The notes under the pieces: generated by a model
Database searches by the model: none
Seen by the model: only the letters and a program-made list of their open reading frames with translations
Told to the model about the DNA's origin: nothing
IMG/VR virus record: IMGVR_UViG_3300046163_000031
Location: 1,639-65,638 of that record
Origin: a virus
Lineage: Duplodnaviria > Caudoviricetes
Reading direction: 5' to 3' (one strand)
DNA length: 64,000 nucleotides
Program-made: the position numbers and the translations under genes
Part shown: positions 55,436 through 64,000 of the stretch, one piece after another
Numbering within the stretch: the stretch's first letter is position 1
Layout of the letters: every line of letters starts with the position of its first letter

Positions 55436-57850
55436 TTATCTAGGATCAAACTGTTCTAATCCAAACCCTCCCAGTCCATCAAATCCTGCTGATTCAAAAC
55501 TTTGAGGTAAAGTGTTGTTTTGTCTTTGGTTTATTAACTCAGACTCTTGTGTTCCTTGTTTTTCTATTCGATTATCTTTTCTATCTTCTATTTCTTGTTC
55601 TTTTTGTGTTTCTGCTTGTGCTTTTATTTGAGCTAATTTCATATTATAGCTAAATTCTTCAGCCATAAGCTCTTTTTTAACTTTAGCCTCTTGAAGCATT
55701 TTATTTATTTCAAACTGTATTTTTGCTTGCTCAATTTGTATTGTTGTTTCAGCTAAAGCCTGTTGCTTTTGCATTTCAGCTTCTATAGCTTGTTGAGCTG
55801 CTTGTGAGTTTGCCTGCGCTTGAGCCTGTATGTTCGCTTGTTGATTAGCCTGATCTCTCGCAGCTTTCTTTTTACGACTTTGTTTTAATAAAGCGTTTGC
55901 TAATTTTATATTTTTAACTTGACGAATATCAATAGCATCATCTAAATCAATACCACCAGATGCTAATGCGGTTTGAATATTTTGCTCTAATTGAGCTTTC
56001 ATTTCATCGTCTGGTTCTAATTCTAAATATATACCAAAGTCTTGTAATGTTTTTTCCTGTAATTCCTCTAAAGTACCAGTGTTATAAGATGATATAGAGT
56101 CTATTAATGCAGCTCTAGTTAAAGGATAATCTAAGGCATCTGCTATTCTCAACGCTATGTTTTCGCATGTTCTTAATGTTAGGTATAAACCACCTTGCAT
56201 TACATGTCTTAACGCTGTATTTGAGTTTGCAGCTGCCATTTTTTGTAAACCAACTAAAGCATGTGCGTCAGGAGTACTAGCGTCAGTAGCTTCGTTTAAC
56301 CCGGTTACATCTCTAATCATTTGTAAGTAATACTGATAAGTTTGTATTAAAGATCCTATTTTAGCATTACCAGAAGAAGTTTGAAGTTCTTGAATAGGAA
56401 CTTTACCTCTATTTAAATCACCATCTTGTGTCATGGATCTACCTACTATACTACCAGTTTGAAAATACATGTTAAGTGCTTCCTGCGCATTATAGTTTGT
56501 GCCATTACCTAAATCAACTTCAGCTAAACCATCTACGTCAACAAAAACACCATCAGGAACCATTCTAGATAAAACTTGTTGTAGTTTTAAATGTGTTAAT
56601 TGGATCATATCAGCAAAACCAGTTATTCTACTAACTGTTGATTCTATCATGCCCTTATACATTCTAGGAGCACATATAGAGTAATTCATGTTAACTTTTG
56701 TTACGTTAGAATTTGGCCTTGTCATATTTTCTGACATCTTCCACTCTAACATCATCTCATGACCTAATATTTTAGCGCCAGTATATAAAACCTCTATAGC
56801 TCTTCCAACTCTTTCAAAGTTATCACTTTCAGGCGGATTAAACGTATCGGGTTTTTCTAATGCTTTTTCTAATCCTTGATCTGTTTGTTTTATTTTAAAT
56901 ACTTGATTAGTATATGTTTTGTATTCAAAATATAAAACTTGAACTTGATTATAAGAATCTTGTTGTGCATAGAAGTTTCTAGTATAATTTGCATCACCAG
57001 GAAACTTTTCTATTTGTTTTAATTCATCATTTGTTAAACCAGGAAACTGTTTTTTTAATTCTACTAAACTAATAGATTTTACTTCTCCAGCATAATATAT
57101 GTCTTCAAAGTTTGGATCTTCTGTATATGAATAAACTAAATTAGCAGGATCTACATAATTTAATGTAACACCATTTGATAAGTTAAAATCTGTTTTTACA
57201 GCACCTATACCTATTATAGTTAAATCAGATATTAATCTTCTTTTTATTAATTCATATTTATTAGCCGCTAAAACATTTTCTATAGCTTCTTCTTCTGCAA
57301 TTTCTATAGATTGTTTGTAAGACAATTGCATGTGAAGATCTAATTCGTCTTGAGATTCAGGTATGTTATTAGGATCGTTGCTATTAAAAAAATCCATACC
57401 AGTAGCTTCATTTGTAGCTTGAATTATTTCTTTAGCATACATATCTTTCATTATAGCATCAGCATACTTTGTTCTTTGTTTTAAAGACTCAGGATCTTGC
57501 GCGTAAGCTTTTATATCAAAAATTTTTTGAGACATACCGTTTACTATTATATCTACAAATTTAGGTATAATAGGAACTGGTTTCCAGTCTAAATTTAAAT
57601 AAGATAAATCACCATTAATAGATAATTCATCTTTATATTTTTGAACAGATTGTTCACCTCTAGCGTATAATCTTAGTCTATGAAAATTTAACCAACTATT
57701 TTGGTATCTATTTCCCATGCCACCTCTGTCTCCAGAAAACCATTCGCCTTCTATTGCGCGACCTACGGCGTAACCGTATTCGTAACCTTGCTTCTCTTCG
57801 TCTGATACTACTTGACTTGGAAATGAACCTACGTAATTAGTATATGTCAT
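55436..57850 (-). CDS. Portal protein
   Basis: 804 aa; PIIPKFVDI.V, IRDVTGLNE, Q-rich C-terminal coiled coil; follows the terminase. Confidence 0.85.
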   Translation of the reverse strand: MTYTNYVGSFPSQVVSDEEKQGYEYGYAVGRAIEGEWFSGDRGGMGNRYQNSWLNFHRLRLYARGEQSVQKYKDELSINGDLSYLNLDWKPVPIIPKFVDIIVNGMSQKIFDIKAYAQDPESLKQRTKYADAIMKDMYAKEIIQATNEATGMDFFNSNDPNNIPESQDELDLHMQLSYKQSIEIAEEEAIENVLAANKYELIKRRLISDLTIIGIGAVKTDFNLSNGVTLNYVDPANLVYSYTEDPNFEDIYYAGEVKSISLVELKKQFPGLTNDELKQIEKFPGDANYTRNFYAQQDSYNQVQVLYFEYKTYTNQVFKIKQTDQGLEKALEKPDTFNPPESDNFERVGRAIEVLYTGAKILGHEMMLEWKMSENMTRPNSNVTKVNMNYSICAPRMYKGMIESTVSRITGFADMIQLTHLKLQQVLSRMVPDGVFVDVDGLAEVDLGNGTNYNAQEALNMYFQTGSIVGRSMTQDGDLNRGKVPIQELQTSSGNAKIGSLIQTYQYYLQMIRDVTGLNEATDASTPDAHALVGLQKMAAANSNTALRHVMQGGLYLTLRTCENIALRIADALDYPLTRAALIDSISSYNTGTLEELQEKTLQDFGIYLELEPDDEMKAQLEQNIQTALASGGIDLDDAIDIRQVKNIKLANALLKQSRKKKAARDQANQQANIQAQAQANSQAAQQAIEAEMQKQQALAETTIQIEQAKIQFEINKMLQEAKVKKELMAEEFSYNMKLAQIKAQAETQKEQEIEDRKDNRIEKQGTQESELINQRQNNTLPQSFESAGFDGLGGFGLEQFDPR

Positions 57851-60067
57851 TTATTGTATTATTTGTGAACTATATCCTTCGTTATTATATTTTTTAAAAC
57901 CTAATGGTTTTACTTCTAATTTTCTTTTAAAAACAGGATTATATTTGTTTTTATTACAAGCCATTACTGCTAACCCAGAACTAATAGAGGCATCATGTTT
58001 TGTTCTATTATTAATATCAAACCTAGCCCAATCATTTAGTGTTCTTTGAAAGTACATATTTCCATAAGATTCACCTAAATTACCAACATGTGTTTCTATG
58101 TATGACTCTATAGCGGCAGCGTGTGCTTGTTTTATATCTTCGCTTGAATTAGGTATTCCACCTATTTCTCTTTCTGTAACAGACAATTTAGCAATAGATT
58201 TATCTGGTCTATTCATTGAATACCCTCTATAACCTCTACGTTTAAAATAATAAAGCAGTCTAGGTTTATTGTTTTCGGCTAATATTGGCATACCATAAAA
58301 TATACATGCCATAAGCACATCTTCAAAAAACATTTCTGCCGTCTGTGGTCTAGCTATATATTCTAAAAAAAACATATTAGGTGGTGCGTTTTCCATAGAA
58401 AACTTAGTTAAACCGTGTAGTGAACCATTTGATCCACGAGAATCAACAGTACCTGATATATCATAACTATCACAACCAAAAGCACCCATGTGATCGTTTG
58501 CTGGGTACTTTAATCCATTTTTCATTATTAAACGGTTCTGAAGATTTAACTCAGGTACCCAAGAAATTTTAAATCTACCATTTTCATTTGGTACAAATAA
58601 AACGCCATTTGGATTATCTTTTACACCACCGTGCCAATTAAAAGAACCTGTTGTTATTAACGATTCACTTTTGCAGTCTTCATTAAAATCAACTTGTTCA
58701 TATATTTTTGTTAAATTAAATATTGATTGTTTTGCTTCGTCTCTAAAAGCGTGTTGTTCAGTTCTTGGAAATTGTCTATAAAATTCATTTAAACCGTCTT
58801 GATCTTTTTTTAAACCATTAACTTCATTTTGCCAATATTCAATTACTCCTATTTTTATCTCTTGCCCGTGAGGTCCAAAGGTTTTTTTATTTGGAGTTTC
58901 GAAGACAGGTAATCCATGAGAATCAATGTATCCTTCGTAGTTCCATTCCATAGGTATGAACAAAGAATAGAGTCCTGAGCGAGTCTGTCCATTGGCGTTT
59001 CTTTCTTTAATATCTGAATCATAGTATAATTTTTTAAAATTATCACCACCTTTATCTAAAGCGTTTGATGTTGAACCCATCATACATTTACCTATTATCT
59101 TACTACCTAATCTAAGTGTTGTTTTTGTAACGCGCCAATTATTTAATATATTGTTTGGTCTTTCCCATTTACCCGATTCATCATGAACGAGGAGTTTGAG
59201 CTTTTCACCATCGTAGGAGTTATCACCGGTGTTTTTCCAGTCGATTGTGGTATCCAAACCGGTAATTTCTTTAAGGGTTTGATTGGCGTCAAGTTTTCTA
59301 CGGGTAAACTTGGATGCTGGTACTCTGTAGGCAAGTTCGGTTTTTGGACGGTCCATACCGTCTTGGATCGGTTTAAAGAAAAATGGATAGTTAACGGATA
59401 TTGGTACAACCTTATCTGTGAACATCTTTTTAGCATCGGGGCCAGATTTGGACAAAATCCCAAACCGTGAATCCGTTGAAATGGTCGCCATGTTGACGGT
59501 TTCGCCAGAGGCCATGAATGAAAATCCGGAACGCCTGTTTTTGAGATAGCACATACCATAACACCTGTAGTCTGCCCTGCAAGCTTCCCAGAAAATATAG
59601 AATAATCTATTTGATTCCCTAAAGTCTGGTTGCCCAACATCAATTTTGGACCACTGCAAGTACATATAGTGAGTACCAGTAATGTAAGTAGCCACGTTTT
59701 TATTATAGAACCAAAAGCCTTGTTCTCTTCTATTAAATTCTTTATCAATGTAATCATACCATTCTTCTTTAAATTCTATTGGATATTCTTCCCAATCAAA
59801 AACAGATTTGATTTTTTTTAATTGCTTAGGATACTCTGTGTGACTCCATTTATTTTCTTTAAACTCTACTATATCATTTTGTTTAGGTAAAGCTATTTTT
59901 AAGTTTTGTATTTCATATACATCGCCTATCTCACCCGTTTTGCTTATAATTATAACATCATGTTCTTCATTATAACCATATTCCCATTTTTTATACCTAT
60001 TGTTTCTTTTTAAAACTTTAGGTTTAATATGGTTTTTTAATATTTTATATAAACTTTGCTCGTACAT
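57851..60067 (-). CDS. terL: Terminase large subunit
   Basis: LKNRRSGFS Walker A-like, LLVHDESGK Walker B, FGCDSYD nuclease, AENN, HD..ISSG. Confidence 0.92.
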   Translation of the reverse strand: MYEQSLYKILKNHIKPKVLKRNNRYKKWEYGYNEEHDVIIISKTGEIGDVYEIQNLKIALPKQNDIVEFKENKWSHTEYPKQLKKIKSVFDWEEYPIEFKEEWYDYIDKEFNRREQGFWFYNKNVATYITGTHYMYLQWSKIDVGQPDFRESNRLFYIFWEACRADYRCYGMCYLKNRRSGFSFMASGETVNMATISTDSRFGILSKSGPDAKKMFTDKVVPISVNYPFFFKPIQDGMDRPKTELAYRVPASKFTRRKLDANQTLKEITGLDTTIDWKNTGDNSYDGEKLKLLVHDESGKWERPNNILNNWRVTKTTLRLGSKIIGKCMMGSTSNALDKGGDNFKKLYYDSDIKERNANGQTRSGLYSLFIPMEWNYEGYIDSHGLPVFETPNKKTFGPHGQEIKIGVIEYWQNEVNGLKKDQDGLNEFYRQFPRTEQHAFRDEAKQSIFNLTKIYEQVDFNEDCKSESLITTGSFNWHGGVKDNPNGVLFVPNENGRFKISWVPELNLQNRLIMKNGLKYPANDHMGAFGCDSYDISGTVDSRGSNGSLHGLTKFSMENAPPNMFFLEYIARPQTAEMFFEDVLMACIFYGMPILAENNKPRLLYYFKRRGYRGYSMNRPDKSIAKLSVTEREIGGIPNSSEDIKQAHAAAIESYIETHVGNLGESYGNMYFQRTLNDWARFDINNRTKHDASISSGLAVMACNKNKYNPVFKRKLEVKPLGFKKYNNEGYSSQIIQ

Positions 60068-60342
60068 TACTTAGATCTTCCTTCAGCAAAACCTTTAAAA
60101 GACTTTTCTTCTTTTATTTCTTTAGGTTTTTCGTTTAACAAATCTTCTTCAGCTTGTATTCTAGTTAGTATTTCAAATGCATCAAATATGCATAGTTTTT
60201 TAGTTGCAGCGGCGTTTTTAAGTCTATCTGCTGTTATATCATCTCCAGAATCAACAATAGCCTCTTTAGCGACTTTAATCAGTTCTTCAACTGCTACTTG
60301 CCCAGCTAGGATTATATTCTTCTTCGTTTCCTTTATGTTCAT
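60067..60342 (-). CDS. Hypothetical helical protein, possible terminase small subunit
   Basis: 91 aa, stop overlaps the terL start. Confidence 0.4.
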   Translation of the reverse strand: MNIKETKKNIILAGQVAVEELIKVAKEAIVDSGDDITADRLKNAAATKKLCIFDAFEILTRIQAEEDLLNEKPKEIKEEKSFKGFAEGRSK

Positions 60343-60892
60343 ATTTAATTACAATATCATTTGATTTCATACAATATAGTCTTTCTTTATCTATTAAGAA
60401 TTCCCATTCACCATTAGGTGTGTAACCAACTAGGTCCCCTATGTTTATATCTAGCTGTTCTAAGACGTTATTTCCATACTTTAATATACCAACAAGACTT
60501 TTTTCTTTGTCGTTGACTAAAGTGTCTTTATTAACTATAGGTTTTATAAAACATCTATTGTTTATAGAGTTCCAACCCTTTTTATTTTTATACAAATAAA
60601 TTTGATCTAAAGCACAAAAATATAGATTTTCTTTAAAAAAAGATCTACTTTTTTTCTTTTTACCTCTTGAGTCATAAAAAGTTCTAAAAACGTTTTGATG
60701 TATAATTAATATATCTCCAATTTTTATATTTGTTTTAAAGGCTAAAGGTATAGCTTTAACTATAGCATGCCTATTTACAAATTTAAAACTTTCTATTTTG
60801 CTGTTTAATACTAAACTTTTGTTGTTTATTTTTATTTCGTTATTGTATTTATCACCTAGCGGTTCTACAATAAAGTCATATAAGCTATTCAT
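60287..60892 (-). CDS. Tandem GroES-like protein
   Basis: Two cpn10-like units: FIVEP..AIVKAIP..IKIGDILI and FIKP..GILKYG..INIGDLVGY..LYCMKSNDI. Confidence 0.6.
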   Translation of the reverse strand: MNSLYDFIVEPLGDKYNNEIKINNKSLVLNSKIESFKFVNRHAIVKAIPLAFKTNIKIGDILIIHQNVFRTFYDSRGKKKKSRSFFKENLYFCALDQIYLYKNKKGWNSINNRCFIKPIVNKDTLVNDKEKSLVGILKYGNNVLEQLDINIGDLVGYTPNGEWEFLIDKERLYCMKSNDIVIKYEHKGNEEEYNPSWASSS

Positions 60893-61119
60893 TAATATTC
60901 TAAATCATACTCAACTGATATTGCCATGTTAGAATTAAACTTCTTCCACGGCAATATTTCGTTGTTTTTCTTTATGTGTATATTATAAGAGTTGTCTGAA
61001 TCATCTAGTAGAATGTGAGATATTTCGTGACCACCGTAAACCTGTTGTCCAACAGCGTAATGCATGGCGTCATTCTTATAATCAGATCCAATACTAATCT
61101 TTCTAATATTATTTGTCAT
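60892..61119 (-). CDS. Hypothetical protein (start set at ATG 61119)
   Basis: MTNNIRKISIGSDYKNDAMHY...WKKFNSNMAISVEYDLEY. Confidence 0.65.
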   Translation of the reverse strand: MTNNIRKISIGSDYKNDAMHYAVGQQVYGGHEISHILLDDSDNSYNIHIKKNNEILPWKKFNSNMAISVEYDLEY

Positions 61120-61360
61120 CTTCTTTTTCAATATCAGTATAAGAACCATCTTGAAGATCAATATTAACTTGACCGTACTCGTCTTCTAGTTCTTTTTTAG
61201 TAGAGTCTATTTCTTCAGATACTTTTTTTACTTCAACACGTATGTTTTCTTTTTGTAAATCTAAAACACCTAAAGATCTTAATAATCCATTTAATTTACC
61301 TTGTTGATCTTTTACAGTTTTTAACTGTTCTTCTGTAATTTGTTTTTTTGCTTTTGCCAT
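61109..61360 (-). CDS. Small coiled-coil protein
   Basis: LEDEYGQVNIDLQDG end. Confidence 0.65.
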   Translation of the reverse strand: MAKAKKQITEEQLKTVKDQQGKLNGLLRSLGVLDLQKENIRVEVKKVSEEIDSTKKELEDEYGQVNIDLQDGSYTDIEKEDDK

Positions 61361-61410
61361 TATTTGATTTTATTTAATTGTTTATAATTATATAGTTACT
61401 TGTTTTTTTA

Positions 61411-61761
61411 TTATTTACACACTATAAAGTCACCTACCGCTACACCAGCACCTGCTACAGCTGTAACATAATCTACAGCTACTGGAAGTATTGATCCAGA
61501 CTGTAAACCTTCAAAAGTTATAGCCTGTCCAGCTACTGGTGGTCCACCTCCAACCGCAGTAACACCCGATAGTATAACACTAATAGTTGCGTCTGCTGGC
61601 ATTACACCACAATATATTACAGATGAATTAAGGTTAGTACCTAATGTCCCACTTTGGTTTTCAAATAACCAAGCCGGTCTAACGTCTATACTAGCTATCA
61701 TAGCTGCTGTTAAGGGCATAGCTTGTCCTATTATGCCGTCATTTGTTGGAAATTGTCCCAT
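61411..61761 (-). CDS. Putative structural protein
   Basis: TF.GLQSGSILPVAVDYV, beta-rich. Confidence 0.55.
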   Translation of the reverse strand: MGQFPTNDGIIGQAMPLTAAMIASIDVRPAWLFENQSGTLGTNLNSSVIYCGVMPADATISVILSGVTAVGGGPPVAGQAITFEGLQSGSILPVAVDYVTAVAGAGVAVGDFIVCK

Positions 61762-61771
61762 TTTTTTTTAT

Positions 61772-62170
61772 TTATTTGTTACTTATTGATTTATACTTTT
61801 CAAAACCACGTGAGCCAAAATAAGCTACATACACGGTTGTTAATAATTGCTTTAATAATTCTATCCATTCTTGCTCAACTGTAAAAGATATTTCATGGTG
61901 ACTATCAACCCATATAAAAGCTATAGCCATAAACGATAAAAATATAAGAGCTAATGGGCGCGTGTTTTTACTAAGCCAAGAGTCTGACGTCATATCTGAC
62001 TCCCAACGTCTTGTTATTTGGTCTTCAGCTGTTGCGGCCGCTTTTTCCACTATAACTTGAATTTCTTTTTTAATTTCAAGTTTTTCTTCCTCTGTAGTTG
62101 TTAGTTTATCAATAACATCACCAACATCTTTGATGACATTACCGCTTAACCATTGCCAAATTTTTTTCAT
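61772..62170 (-). CDS. 3TM holin family protein
   Basis: RW..DM.SDSWLSKNTRP, two TM segments, AYFGSRG.EK. Confidence 0.75.
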   Translation of the reverse strand: MKKIWQWLSGNVIKDVGDVIDKLTTTEEEKLEIKKEIQVIVEKAAATAEDQITRRWESDMTSDSWLSKNTRPLALIFLSFMAIAFIWVDSHHEISFTVEQEWIELLKQLLTTVYVAYFGSRGFEKYKSISNK

Positions 62171-62174
62171 ATAA

Positions 62175-62564
62175 TTATTTTATTCTTTCATAATACATAG
62201 TTGAGTTTCTATCTCCTGACATAATAACTTTTATTCTATTTTTGTTTATTATTTCATACACTAAATCGGCATAAAAACCACCAAAACTTTCCCAAGAAAC
62301 AAAAGTGTATAATTTATTTTTTTTAATTTTAACAAATTCTTCAGGTGAATACACGAACTCCATGTACAAACAACCTTTTTCGTCTTCTTTTTTTACAGCT
62401 TTGTAATTTAAGAATTTAAAATGATCTGTTTTCTTGTGTTTTGAGATAACTAAAGTATAATCAGTTTTTTCACTTTCCCAAGTTCCTACGAAGTTTTGTA
62501 AATTTTCTTGTGACGATATTGTATTGATAAAAACAAAACAAAACGCTAATAATAAGTTTTTCAT
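62175..62564 (-). CDS. Exported beta-barrel (lipocalin-like) protein
   Basis: Signal peptide MKNLLLAFCFVF; FVGTWES. Confidence 0.55.
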   Translation of the reverse strand: MKNLLLAFCFVFINTISSQENLQNFVGTWESEKTDYTLVISKHKKTDHFKFLNYKAVKKEDEKGCLYMEFVYSPEEFVKIKKNKLYTFVSWESFGGFYADLVYEIINKNRIKVIMSGDRNSTMYYERIK

Positions 62565-62614
62565 ATAATTAAATTTAAATGTTATATTTATATAATTACA
62601 TGTTTTACAATTAT

Positions 62615-64000
62615 TTACGCATTCATTTCATAATTATTGTTTTGACCCTGTGATTTTAAAACATCAAACTTTATTTTTCCATTATCATTTTTATCGACAT
62701 CAGCAACTTTATTTAAAGCTTCTATTAAAGATTCTTCCGTAAAATTATTTAAAAAATTTGATTGATCAATGCTACCTCTTTCTTCCAGTCTTTTGTTTAG
62801 TTTCTCTGAATCCCATTGTTCTCCAGGTTCCATGCCTAAATGAAGCCTAAGTTCATGAAAATTAGCATATAATTCACCAGGAGAAGTGTTATAATTTCTA
62901 ACTCTATCTTTATTTTTAGGATTTATTTCTAATATACTTCTCAAATAAGGATCCCCTGCCATATCAAAACCTGTAGAATGCGTTAATTCATGACCACCAA
63001 CTGCTTTAGAAAAATTTTGTCTTGAAGGTGATTCTGATCCATGCATCGCTGCTTGAAAATTTGTTATACCTCCAGATGCCATTATATCTCTAATATCATC
63101 TTGAGATAAAAAAGTATCAAAATCTTGACGATCATAAGATTCGTTAAATCTTCTTTGATCATTTATTGGTCTAAACGAAGCATTAACCATTTCAGGATTT
63201 ATATAAATATCATCATTAACAGACATTACAGCATCTATATCTGAGTGTCTACCAGAAAACAGCTTGTTTAAATCTGGTGCATTAGTACTGATTTTTTTTC
63301 CATTATTATCGTAACCAAACCTTGGATAATCTTTTTCTTGATTAAAATAGCTTATTTCGTTTTTAGGGCGAAAACGTTTTAGATTTTGACTACTTATGTA
63401 ACCGCCAGAACTCGAGTCACCATAGTGAAAACTTTTGTCTTTAAGACTAGATAACACATTATCTATATCTGCTTCGCTATAAAGACTTCCAGCTACGTTT
63501 TCTTGTCCAGGTTTAGCAAGTGGATTATCTTTTAGTGTGTTAAAAGTGGAATTGCCGTCTTTATCTTTACCACTTTGAGAGCTTAAGAAATTAGATTGTC
63601 TTATATTACCACTGTGTTGAAATTGTTCTAACATTCTTTTTCTAGTTATATCATTATTAAACCAATCAGCAAATTTATTTAAACTTTGATATTGATAGTT
63701 TTCTAAAGGATCTCTAGTATCTAATTCCAGGTTTTCAATAGAATCTGATATTGCTTTTCGTTTTTCTTCGTTGTTTAATCCAAACAAAAAATTACCGCTG
63801 TCCCTAGGGTCATGTATGTGACCAGCGTATGCGTCAGCAGTATAACCAGTTTTTGCAGTAGCGTCTGATGGAAAATTTGGATTAGTTAAGTTAGTATCAA
63901 ATAAAGATTCATCTTGTCCATAATTTGCATTAGTAAATCCAAAGTTTTTACTAGAAGCATCTGGTGCAAGACCTGGTTTGTTAGAAAATAAATAAGCTTC
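62615..64000 (-). CDS. Zincin-like metallopeptidase domain protein, start beyond the window
   Basis: GHELTH...ELYA; the frame stays open to position 64000. Confidence 0.65.
   Translation of the reverse strand, partial: EAYLFSNKPGLAPDASSKNFGFTNANYGQDESLFDTNLTNPNFPSDATAKTGYTADAYAGHIHDPRDSGNFLFGLNNEEKRKAISDSIENLELDTRDPLENYQYQSLNKFADWFNNDITRKRMLEQFQHSGNIRQSNFLSSQSGKDKDGNSTFNTLKDNPLAKPGQENVAGSLYSEADIDNVLSSLKDKSFHYGDSSSGGYISSQNLKRFRPKNEISYFNQEKDYPRFGYDNNGKKISTNAPDLNKLFSGRHSDIDAVMSVNDDIYINPEMVNASFRPINDQRRFNESYDRQDFDTFLSQDDIRDIMASGGITNFQAAMHGSESPSRQNFSKAVGGHELTHSTGFDMAGDPYLRSILEINPKNKDRVRNYNTSPGELYANFHELRLHLGMEPGEQWDSEKLNKRLEERGSIDQSNFLNNFTEESLIEALNKVADVDKNDNGKIKFDVLKSQGQNNNYEMNA

Noticed and set aside
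59143-59757. 204-aa alternate-frame ORF inside terL
   Set aside because: Fully nested in the conserved, locally GC-richer ATPase region, with no recognisable motif
1-64000. Stop-codon reassignment as in some crAss-like phages
   Set aside because: Large genes are intact under the standard code and no suppressor tRNA is present

Overview
AT-rich, densely coding dsDNA phage sequence, most of a podovirus-like genome that probably infects a marine Bacteroidota (Flavobacteriia) host. Host evidence is a Flavobacteria-type ECF sigma, A-rich start contexts without Shine-Dalgarno sequences and a crAss-like-sized portal and terminase. There are three blocks. (1) 1-13488, minus strand: small basic proteins, GroES/GroEL and two repetitive tail-fibre proteins. 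(2) 13918-30190, plus strand: early and replication genes, including two sigma factors, ERF and exonuclease, SSB, primase-helicase, a T4-gp42-like dCMP-type thymidylate-synthase homologue, NTP pyrophosphatases, a resolvase and NrdB/NrdA. I see no DNA polymerase. (3) 30300-64000, minus strand: lysis, ejection, tail, capsid, portal and terminase genes and a second, tandem GroES-like gene. The most notable items are a 254-nt structured ncRNA with tRNA-like ends beside a tRNA-Met, a likely cytosine-modification module, and four repeated cis-motifs read by eye: CACnGAH-N18-GATAAT x8, a TGACAWWAG inverted pair x3, a 37-bp hairpin repeat x2 and a late motif x6. Product calls rest on remembered family motifs; no searches were run.
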